A stretch of DNA of 64,000 nt from Cladosporium halotolerans (lineage: Eukaryota). Of this stretch, positions 24,509-34,833 are shown piece after piece. Position numbers and translations under genes: made by a program. Each line of letters starts with the position of its first letter. The first letter of the stretch is position 1. Location: the NCBI RefSeq assembly GCF_011745625.1, contig NW_027191454.1:806001-870000 (forward strand), given 5' to 3'. The notes beneath the pieces were generated by a model. It ran no database searches and was not told the origin of the DNA. It saw nothing but the letters and a program-made list of their open reading frames with translations.

Positions 24509-26186
24509 CTAGTACATCTTGCCCCAGTACTTGCCCTTGCCCCTGCCAAACTTAGGCTTGACAACGAACGCACCACGGTCAATGGTGTTGATGACAGTGT
24601 AGCCGCTAGGGAAAGTGAAGTGGCTCCAAGTGCCAGAGTCCCAAACAGCTGAGCCGCCGCCGGGAACAGAGTCGTCCTGAGGGAAGACGTCGAAGTACGC
24701 GATCTCCTCGACCTTGCTGCCGTCGGGGTTCTTGGGGATGGAGCTGACGTCGAGGATGCGCAGGCCGGCCTGGTAGTTGGACTGGTAGGCGAGGCCGTCA
24801 TGCACGAACTGGTTGTGGTCGACGGAGCGGGTGGAGGACTTGTAGTAGCCGGTGTTCTTGGGCGCCTCGAGGCTGGTGATGTCCCAGATGTAGGTCACGG
24901 GGAAGCCGTCTTTGGCGGGAGAGTCGGCGGCGGTGCGCGCGGGGTCAATCTCGCCCTCGTCAAGCTCGTCATCCATGACGAGGTGGGTCTGCCAGTTGGG
25001 GTCGAGGACCCAGCCCTGGTGGGTGTAGCTGGCGCCCTTGTAGGGAGTGCGGGAGATGATCTTGCCGGCGTTGGGGCCGTTCTTGTTGGTCACGTCGTAG
25101 ATGGCTACGTTTGGTGTTAGCAATATGCAGACTGCAAGCTCGTCAATGACTCGACTTACTCAGGGTGTCCTCGTTGTAGCCGTAGCAGATGTCACGGCCG
25201 AAGTACTTCTTGTCCGGGCCACGGTAGACAATGCACTGAGCATCATGGGTGTAGCCATCCTGAGGCGCGCAGCCAGTCTGGAAGGGCTTGTAGGGGTCCT
25301 TCATGTTGATGAAGATGGGACCACCAGCACAGGTGTCGTTGCGGCCGGCGCGGCCACCGCAGCCAACGGCAACAGCGTAGCCGAGCTCCTCGTTGGCAAC
25401 AACGTTGTGGGAGCGGCCGGGAATACCATCGGTGAGGTTCATCCAGCCAACATCAGCCCTGATGTCGAAGGTCTTAGGGTTCCTCGGGCTCAGCTTGAGC
25501 AGCTTCTTCATGTCGAAGAATTGGATGCCGTGGCCGGCACCCTCAGATCCGACAATCAGAGTGTCTCCGACCTTCTTGATCTCACGCCAAATGACGGAGT
25601 CATTGTTGGCAGGCAGACGACCAAGGTATTCGAGCTGACCCTTCTTGGTGACCTCAGCGAAGGCAGCACCGTAGGTCTGGCCAATGGCAACAAATTCTCT
25701 GCCACTCTGCTTGTGTGTCCAACCCCAGCTGCCACTGCCCTCGCCGACGGCATCACCAAGCTCGGCGTGAGTCTTGAAGTCATAAAGATCCTGGCTTGAT
25801 GTTAGCCCATTGATGTTCAGTTTCTACCATGTGCGACGTGGCGACTTACAATGTCCTTGCACTTGTAGGTCTGGTTGGCGTCGCCCTTGACGGCCTCAGC
25901 CACACCGTTCCTGCACTTGACAACGTCCTTGTCGTGCCTCTTCTTGGTGAAGCCGTTCCACTTCTTGCTGTCGTGGTTGCCGAGGGCGCGCTGCTTTGCC
26001 CAAGAAGCCTATTTCTTCTGTCAGCACTGTCACCTAATTACCCCACGAATTGTTGGTACATACCTCCTTCGCCTCCATCATGAACTGCATAACCTCACCC
26101 GAGGCATACTCCTCAGACGAGAAGGCGGCGCCAGAGGCCAGAGGCAGAAGAGCCGCGGCGGCGGCGGAGATCGAAGACCACTTCAT
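24509..26186 (-). CDS. Secreted beta-propeller-type protein, choice-of-anchor B / LVIVD-repeat-like
   Basis: Four exons. Signal peptide MKWSSISAAAAALLPLASG; GSGSWGW; WREIK; GHGIQFFD; SHNVV; DGYTHDAQC; YTHQGW; DDELDE; DHNQFV; SNYQAGLRILD; GTWS; TIDRGAFVV. Confidence 0.8.
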
Positions 26187-27066
26187 CTTTGCTTGTACAA
26201 TTCCAGCTGCTGCGAGACAAGTGGTGCGACGTCCAACCCAACGGCCGGGAGCCTTGGTTTATATCTCCGCGAGTACATGGCTACTTGGTCGCCTTGTGCG
26301 CTCGCCCATCCGCCACGTTATCGCTCACGCGACGCTGCGGTGGCCGCAGCACAATGCGAGTCCCAAGGCACCGACACGGATACCTGCCTATCCCAGACAC
26401 GGCCGGAGGCCGGCCAAGAATCTTATCGCTTCATTCCTGAAGCCTCACAACGTCGGTGTTGCTGGGCGCGTCTTGGTATAGTATGGACGGGGTAATGCGC
26501 CTCCTCCCATTTGCTGGGCAGCGGGGGCGAAGCTTGGCCAAGGCGAATGGTTGCAATTTCACGTTGCAGGTTGTCGAAGAGGCGCGAGTCGCTGTCTTGC
26601 GCAGCCTCGGCAACGGTGTGGAGTCGCGATGCCTCAATGGGAAGGTGATAAACAGGAACGCTGGAATTTGGCAGCTGGGCGAGCTGGGGTGGCGGGGAGG
26701 GGTTCGTTTCTGCAGCACGACGCCAGAATTCGTCCGCTGAGTGTACACCATCAAGGTCCCAGATTACGCCACAGTGATAGTCTTGAAATACACTTGCCAG
26801 GCGTCGTATAGGATGCTGTGCTTTGTCGCTACATGTAGGCCTCAAATCGAAGGACTGTCACCGGCATGACGCGTGCGGCTGGAAAGAGTACGTACGCCGA
26901 TGAACCATAATCGATACCGGGGTACGCGAAGGCGTGAGCCATGTCATGGAAGGCTTGTCTAACTTTCGCTGTATATCATCTGCACTGCCAAGCGTCTATG
27001 CCTTCTAAGAAGTAAACTAGCGATTGATTGCAGGTCCCAATTCCGTCCCGCTGGGCCAGAACATCT

Positions 27067-27963
27067 TCAGACGGGCTGCGTGATTTCTTCTGGCTCTCTA
27101 TACACCCGACCGAGGATTTCCAACATCAATCGGTGGGCATCCTCCAGGCCCTCGAAGATCTTGTCCAGCTCTATTCGCACTGTGCACATTCGGTGATGGC
27201 GATGCCATGAAAGTGCGTTTATCTTCCCGTGGTAAATGTCGTCTACGATCTTCGACGCCGCTGCACGATCGCCTATTGGAAGAATGAGTTTGATGAAGCC
27301 GCAGTCGTCTCCGGACACGGGAGCATCCCGTTTGCAGATGTGCCTATCACGTCCGGCCCATCGATGGTGGCTGATCTGGAATCCGAGGAATAATTGGAAG
27401 GGCCGGATCGCCTGCGCGAGCTCCTGAAGACGAATCATTCGCTCTGCATCCCAGGCATTGACGTATCGACGGCCCGGTTCATGTGCCGCGTAGGTGCTAT
27501 CGCTTGGCCACAGGATGACACGACTTGAGCTCGAGCACAGCGCCGACGGGACCTCGCTCAGCAATTTGGTGATCAGTTGCATCTTCGACTTGTTGTTGAG
27601 GTCGACGTGCACGTTGATCTCATTGAGCCGGAAGAACAGAGTCCTTGTTTCGCGGAAGAGTTGCTTACATGTAAGCATGGGATCGAGAGCTTGCGATAAC
27701 GTGGTGTCGAAGTGTCGGCGGGCCCAGCCATAGTCCCGGTTGACATGGACACCATCGTCATGGGTCAATACCATAGCGAGGATCATGTTGCGCAACTCGC
27801 CGGGAAGTCGCATGAGAGGTGAGTGCTCCGGGGCGTTGGGAGCGTGGGGGGGCGTTCGTTGACTCCGCCGGATTGTGCGTCGCTTTGCCATGGCGGGCTT
27901 TGTGTGTGTCCTCCTTTCTGCGTCCATTTGGATCTGGTCAGGAACTGCTTTGGTGATGGCCAT
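27067..27963 (-). CDS. Hypothetical protein with N-terminal F-box-like motif; paralogue of 29805-30671
   Basis: Intronless 298 aa. SPLMRLPGELRNMIL and LTCKQLFRE; colinear similarity to the neighbouring ORF. Confidence 0.8.
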   Translation of the reverse strand: MAITKAVPDQIQMDAERRTHTKPAMAKRRTIRRSQRTPPHAPNAPEHSPLMRLPGELRNMILAMVLTHDDGVHVNRDYGWARRHFDTTLSQALDPMLTCKQLFRETRTLFFRLNEINVHVDLNNKSKMQLITKLLSEVPSALCSSSSRVILWPSDSTYAAHEPGRRYVNAWDAERMIRLQELAQAIRPFQLFLGFQISHHRWAGRDRHICKRDAPVSGDDCGFIKLILPIGDRAAASKIVDDIYHGKINALSWHRHHRMCTVRIELDKIFEGLEDAHRLMLEILGRVYREPEEITQPV

Positions 27964-29804
27964 GGTTGTGAATACGCTTCAATGTGACGGAGCAGTATCT
28001 CTGTACCCCTCCAGGTGGACGCGTTGGTGCTTTATTATCGTTCCTGCAAGGCTGCAAGGGTCCTGCAGGTGGATTAGGGGTCCTTAAAAAGCTGGGGGTT
28101 ATCGGGCGAAAGTGGGTCAGGGTCCCTTCTTCCTTATCCTTAAAGCCAGCTGGGTCACGTGTCGGCGTATTTTCGCTCGTGATGGGGATCACCCGGTTGG
28201 GAGCTTACCCGACGTGTGACCACCTGAAACATTTGCGATGCTCGCAGGGCCATCAGATGGCTCATGCGAATGGTTCGGATGACTGCCGGCGTCTTTGTCA
28301 TTTTTGCACCCAACAAACCTACGAGCCTTTGCCGGGATCGACATGCAGGGTTGGCCCGCCCGTCCTTAGCTCACGGAGTAGTGCGGAGAGCGCTCGAATG
28401 TGGCAAGGTATCAGATGTCCGGGTTACTCAACTGGGCTTCCAGCACTGTGAGTGATTACTATTTGAGCGCTCCAGCTCCATGAGACCCTTTCACGTGCAT
28501 GGGTGCTGTACTAGAGGGTCGGATTCCTATACGCGGTTGGCAACTCTGGTCCTTTGCGAGCAGGCTCGCACTTGGATCCACCCAAAATATCATGACTCGT
28601 CCCTCAAAGCGCCATTGTGATAACGCGAATCCATGTAAATGGAGGCTGACGAGACAGGCTTTTGGCGAGATATGTTCGTGATGTAAGTGTTCGAGTCCTG
28701 AAAGTCCGTCGGAAAACAGTCTTCAACCGTAGATTCTCGGCGATGCGAGATGTCGATTCTGGTGGTCGGGTTTGATAGGGTTAGGGTTGGGGTGACCCAG
28801 GCTCCGCTTGATCTGTGAGCGATCGCACATTCGCCAATACAAGTGGTTGTTGGAATTTCAGATTATTGACACACCATAAAATATTGACGTATAACAAAAC
28901 GTCAGCACGGTTTGTGGCGTGAAACTGCTGTCCTGACAGGCCTTTGCGACCCCTCGCTTTGCCCGTCAACGTCGAGCTGGGCGACTTCATCTACAAGGCC
29001 AGTTGGCTCCTTGCAAGGACAACAACATGTTAGTTCGTAAATGATGATAGCATCAACAGCATAAAGCAACCGGTCTGGTGGTATCGCGCCTTTCGTGTGA
29101 CCAACATCTTGATAGCTAGAATAGTGGTCCCTCCTCTCATTACGTGATTCGCGTACCACCAACAATGGGCTGATTTACTCGATGACATCTGGTTTCAAGA
29201 AGAGATCGCGTCCGCCATGCTAGGTCATCGTACCTGCCACTGAATCAAGAAGAGGTCCATTTAAGGCATTGAGGCTTGAATGGACTTATCGTACTAGGTC
29301 ACCCGCACCATTGGACAGACCAGACTGAACGAATAGACGTCGTCCGGTATGGGCACTGTGTACGTGATTTGACGTTCCTCAGTGAGAAGGTCTTTCAGCG
29401 CGACTTAATTAGGCTTAGGTGTACAGGCATCCCAACTCAGTGGCAAGGCTTCGCTTGTGCAAGTGAAGTTGCTCTTTACATGGCATGACATCTAAGTCAG
29501 TGGTCCGAGGATTGATGTGATTGGCTTTCACGTGCAATGATGCACGGGCACACAGTGAATGTAGCGCTTGCGAAGTGAATACTGCGATGCAACACCGGGG
29601 AAGCGCAAGAGCGAAAGTGACGGAGCGCTTCACTCAGAGCTGCTGCCTACAAAAAACACAAACCACCACAGCTGAAAGCAACCACTTCAACCTTGTTCAG
29701 TCAAGCAACATACATGATCCTTTCCAGCAACATTCCCGTTCAACAAGCAGAGGAGGTCGCATTCGACCACTGATTGACCGACGATCACCAAATCGCTTAG
29801 CAAC

Positions 29805-30671
29805 ATGGACAACTCTCCTCTAGGAAAGATCCCAGCAGAGGTTCGCCTCCGGATATACAAGTCCATTTTCGACCACTCAGGACACATCGGCTACGACTCA
29901 AATGACCAGTGTTACAAACTGAAGTTCTTCCCCCGGATTCCAGATCCAGTGGGCGGCCGACGCCTCCGGGAGGTCATGGTGCCGCTGCACGTCTGCAAGC
30001 AAATGCGCAACGAAGCAATGGGCATGCAATTCGGGTCGCCAGCCATCGCCATCAGATCCAATGGTAGCTTCCAGGACAGTGCGCCGCAGATGGGCCTGAT
30101 GAACAACAAGTGGTCATTCGTAATGCGCAATGTCCCCAGTCATCTCCGACCTTCAAACTTAAGCTTCGAGTACCAGCGCAACTACTATCTGTGCCAAGCC
30201 ACATACGACCAGTTGGACATCAACGCCAACTCGATATTCAAGCCAGGCTCGAAGGCGGCCGTTCTGCAGCTTGCTAGAGCAGCATACCCAACACCGCTGA
30301 TCATCTCCATCAGCATTTTCATCAAAAAGTCTGGCAGATTTCCTCTGACCAATTTCAGCCACGATCCGAACGATTTGAAACGCTACGGGTTCATCTGCAG
30401 CAAGGACGCTCCTGTCACGGCTGCTGAAAGCGAGACCATCTTGATAAAGCTTCCGACAAAAGATCGCGCCAAAGCTCGCCAGGTGGTTGATTCGACCTTC
30501 GAGGAAAGAGTCCGCTTGTTTGAAGCTCACCGTGACCACCGCATGTGCCACGTTCGCTTGAATCTGAGGAAGGACCTTGAGCGGTTGGCAATCGCCAGGA
30601 GGCTTATGCTTCCAGTCATTGATCACATCCCAGCGGAGGAGATCAATGCATTCTCTGAGCAAGGAAAGTGA
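29805..30671 (+). CDS. Hypothetical protein with N-terminal F-box-like motif; paralogue of 27067-27963
   Basis: Intronless 288 aa with good ATG context. MDNSPLGKIPAEVRLRIY and VCKQMRNEA; shares the C-terminal blocks with its partner. Confidence 0.82.
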   Translation: MDNSPLGKIPAEVRLRIYKSIFDHSGHIGYDSNDQCYKLKFFPRIPDPVGGRRLREVMVPLHVCKQMRNEAMGMQFGSPAIAIRSNGSFQDSAPQMGLMNNKWSFVMRNVPSHLRPSNLSFEYQRNYYLCQATYDQLDINANSIFKPGSKAAVLQLARAAYPTPLIISISIFIKKSGRFPLTNFSHDPNDLKRYGFICSKDAPVTAAESETILIKLPTKDRAKARQVVDSTFEERVRLFEAHRDHRMCHVRLNLRKDLERLAIARRLMLPVIDHIPAEEINAFSEQGK

Positions 30672-31230
30672 GGATGGGAGGTGCTCTGCAGCCTTCCCAG
30701 ACGCGGCCATTGGCACGTCACAGAAGACAAGTGCAAGACTGGTAAATTCGTTCTGCAATCGGCAGCCCCCCTTTTTTCTTCTCTTTTTTTTTTTTTCCCG
30801 AGTGAGCAGAAAATGATCGGTGAAAAAGCTCAACCGGTATTGAGTGAGAGGGCTCGTGGCACCAGGACAGTTTGAACGGGATACCGAGGCGTAAGCAGGA
30901 GAGAATCTCTCATCCTCGGTGCGACATGGGAATGATTATCAGAATGAAGTATTTGTTACTCCATGTTCGTACCGACTGCGTACCATTTTCAGCTAGTCAA
31001 TTCAGTGAACCTCGTCGGTATGAAACTTGATTTATCACGTTCAATCCACAGGTAAGGGTGACCAACTCGCCTTGAAGCCGACCAAGACCGTAAACCACGT
31101 CCCTTTGCATCGTCATGAACTACTGAGAATCAGGTGTCTCGTTACAAGGAGAGTACTCTGTTGCACGGGGGATGAGGATGTCGGTACGATGAAATCGAGA
31201 ATACTGTAATCCCTACGGGGAGAGGGGCGA

Positions 31231-31317
31231 ACGCGAAGCCCCTCGCTCCCCGGGCGAATTTCGGAAGTGCTCCACGGCGCGTCGTCGCGTTGACGACGTG
31301 CCTGAACACTGACGCGC
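31231..31317. promoter_or_regulatory. Cluster of MCB-like (ACGCG) G1/S elements upstream of POL3
   Basis: ACGCGA at 31231, GCGCGT at 31277, TCGCGT at 31285, ACGCGC at 31312: four cores within ~90 bp, 90-175 bp before a DNA-replication gene. Confidence 0.5.
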
Positions 31318-31404
31318 GCTTTCGTGGAGGTCCGAGGCCAGACAATCGTCCACCACTGTTTGTCCATGTAACAACACCCCCACCGTTCCTCATCTCATAC
31401 AAAT

Positions 31405-34400
31405 ATGCCGGGACTCGTCGCTCAGTCGTCTTCGGCGCAGGCCTCCAAGAGGGTTCTGCAAGACAGCACAAGCAGCCGCCGCAACGAGCAGGCTTCGCCT
31501 TCGAAGAGACGGAAGCTGGAGGATGGGGCGAACAAGTTCAAGAAGCCTGCCAGGAGGGACGTCAATGGCGGTCTGGTTGGGTCCAGTCAGCCCAAGAGTC
31601 AGTTTGAAGAGGAGGTTTTGGAGAAGCTCACGCAAGACATTGGCACACTCAAGAAGAAGAACTCGGAGAAGGACCAGCACTGGGCTCGCCCGAGCCTGGA
31701 CGATTTCAACGAGAAGACGGACCGACTTACCTTCCAGCAAATCGATGCTGAGGAAGGCACATTCCATGGCGGTAATGCTAGTGTGAAGCTCTTCGGTGTG
31801 ACAGAGAGCGGACACTCTGTATTGCTGCACGTCACCGATTTCAAGCACTACCTTTACGTCGCAGCGCCTGTCAGCTTCACGCAAAAGGATTGCGAGCCCT
31901 TCAAAGCCTACTTGGAGACGACATTGGCCCAGCACCAACCTGCTATCTTTTCAGTGCAGATGGTGATGCGGGAGAATATCTACGGCTTCCAAGGCAACCA
32001 AAAGAGCCCGTACCTCAAGATTACAACCACAGACCCCAAGTTCATCCCCCGTCTACGTACCACTATTGAGCAGGGCAACGCAAACTACAAGGGACTATGG
32101 AAGTCGGCGGACAACAGTATTTTGACATTCGACGCCATCCAGTACGTCCTCCGTTTCATGGTCGACACTCACATCGCTGGTATGTCGTGGGTCTCTGTCG
32201 ACCCTGAAAAGTACCACATGATTCCTGGAAGAGACCGACACTCGCACTGTCAGATTGAGGCGTACTGTCACTACAGAGACCTGATCGCACACCCTATCGA
32301 TGGCGAGTGGCAGAAGATGGCGCCCCTCCGAATCCTCAGTTTTGACATCGAATGCGCTGGCCGCAAAGGTGTCTTCCCTGAAGCGAACGTGGATCCGGTC
32401 ATTCAGATTGCGAACGTGGTCACTCGGTACGGTGAAGACAAGCCTTTCGTCAGAAACGTCTTCTGCCTTGATACCTGCAGTCTCATCGTCAACACTCAAG
32501 TGTTCGAGTTCGGTGGAGCTGACGCCGAGAGCAAGATGCTCATGGCCTGGCGAGATTTCGTTGAAGAGGTGGACCCGGATGTCATCATCGGATACAACAT
32601 TGCGAACTTCGATTTCCCCTACCTGTTGGATCGAGCGGCGCACCTGAAGACGGCTAAGTTCCCCTACTGGACGAGGCTGAAGAACGTCAAGTCGCAAGCG
32701 AAAGAGACCAACTTCTCCAGCAAGCAGATGGGTAACAGGGATACGAAAGCGACCAACACCAACGGTCGCTTACAGCTTGATCTGCTCCAGCTTGTCCAGC
32801 GTGACCACCAGTTACGAAGCTACACGCTCAACTCTGTCTGCGCTCACTTCTTGAACGAGCAGAAAGAAGACGTGCACCACACGATGATCACTGAGCTCTT
32901 CAACGGCACGCCAGAATCAAGACGACGTCTGGCCGTGTACTGTCTGAAAGACGCATATCTCCCTCAACGTCTAATGGACAAGCTGATGTGTCTGGTCAAC
33001 TACACCGAGATGGCAAGAGTCACAGGCGTTCCCTTCAACTTCCTACTCTCACGAGGCCAGCAAGTAAAATTCTTGAGTCAGCTTTACCGCAAAGCCCTCA
33101 CAGAGCAGCTCGTCATCCCCAACCTGCGCACCGACAGCACCGACGACCAGTACGAAGGTGCCACCGTCATCGAGCCTACGCGTGGTTACTACGACGTGCC
33201 CATCGCCACGCTCGATTTCGCATCCCTGTACCCCAGTATCATTCAGGCGCACAATCTCTGTTACACGACACTGCTCAACAAGAATGCAATCGAAAAGCTG
33301 CAGTTCAAGAAAGATGAGGATTACATCGTTACGCCCAACGGCGATATGTTCGCCACATCGAAAGTCCGCAAGGGCCTGCTGACTGTCATTCTCGAAGAGC
33401 TGCTGTCCGCCCGTAAGCGTGCGAAGAAAGAGCTCGCCGTAGAGACGGACGCGTTTAGGAAAGCGGTTCTGAACGGCCGTCAGCTTGCGCTGAAAATCTC
33501 CGCCAACTCCGTCTACGGTCTCACAGGCGCCACGGTCGGTAAGCTGCCCTGCTTGGCCATCGCTTCCAGTACGACGTCCTACGGCCGTCAGATGATCGAG
33601 AAGACGAAGGCGGAGGTCGAGGCGCGCTACACCATCGCCAACGGCTACAGCCACGACGCGCAGGTCATCTACGGCGACACGGACTCCGTCATGGTCAAGT
33701 TCGGGCCCAACGACCTCGCCAAGTGCATGGAGCTCGGCAACGAGGCCGCCATCCACGTATCGGACAAGTTCATCAAGCCCATCAAGCTGGAGTTCGAGAA
33801 GGTCTACTTCCCGTACTTGCTCATCAACAAGAAGCGCTACGCCGGGCTTTACTGGACGCAGACGGAGAAGTACGACAAGATGGACACGAAGGGTATCGAG
33901 ACTGTCCGCCGCGACAACTGCCGCCTCGTGCAGACGGTTATCGAGACAAGTCTGCGCATGCTGCTTATCGATCGCGACGTCCAGGGCGCACAGGAGTAAG
34001 TCACACCTCACCACGAACACCTCACTTCACTTCACCACCTCACTTCTCTCCGCCCCACAAAGAACATCACAAGCTAACCCCCCTCCCCCTTCAGCTACGT
34101 CAAAGACACCATCTCCGAGCTCCTCCAGAACAAAGTCGACATGTCCAACCTCGTCATCACCAAAGCGCTGACCAAAACCGACTACGCCGGCAAGCAAGCG
34201 CACGTCGAGCTGGCCGAGCGCATGCGCAAGCGCGACGCCGGCTCAGCGCCCGCCCTCGGCGACCGCGTCGCCTACGTCATGATCAAGGGCGCCGCCGGCA
34301 GCAAGGGCTACGAGAAGTCCGAGGACCCCATCTTCGTGCTCGAGAACAACCTGCCCATCGACTCGAAGTACTACCTCGACAACCAGCTCGCGAAGCCGCT

Positions 34401-34833
34401 GGGGAGGATCTTCGAGCCCATCTTGGGAGAGAAGCAGGCGGCCAGTCTGCTGACGGGCGCGCACACGCGCTCGATCGCCGTCGCGGCGCCCACGATGGGC
34501 GGGCTGATGAAGTTCGCGAAGAAGACGGAGACGTGCCTGGGGTGCAAGAAGCCGCTGACGAGCGGCGAGGAGAAGCACGGCGCCGTCGGCGCGGAGTGCC
34601 GGCCTAGGTTCGGCGAGCTGTACGCGCGGTCGCTGGGCAAGGTCGCGGATCTCGAGGTGCGCTTCTCGCGCCTGTGGACGCAGTGCCAGCGCTGCCAGGG
34701 CAGCATGCACAACGAGGTCATCTGCTCGAGCCGCGACTGCCCGATCTTCTACATGCGCATGAAGGCGAAGAAGGACGTCGAGGATGCGGGCAGGGAGCTG
34801 GATCGGTTTGATAAGGATGCGACGCTTTGGTAA
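31405..34833 (+). CDS. POL3: DNA polymerase delta catalytic subunit
   Basis: Exons 31405-33995 and 34095-34833. Exonuclease motifs SFDIEC and GYNIANFD; polymerase motifs [20 protein letters not shown] and YGDTDS; C-terminal CysA (altered) and CysB CQRC...CSSRDC. Confidence 0.98.

Noticed and set aside
28689..28698. GTTCGAGTCC B-box/tRNA T-loop-like motif
   Set aside because: No T-stem, acceptor stem or A-box can be folded around it.
28776..28792. TAGGGTTAGGGTTGGGG telomere-like sequence or telomerase RNA template
   Set aside because: Only about two repeats. A ~2 kb minus-strand RNA from here would run into the F-box-like CDS, and no other support is visible.
28780..29490. Possible decayed gene or transposon relic between the F-box-like paralogues
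   Set aside because: Only short ORFs with no recognisable motif, terminal repeats or clear RIP signature.
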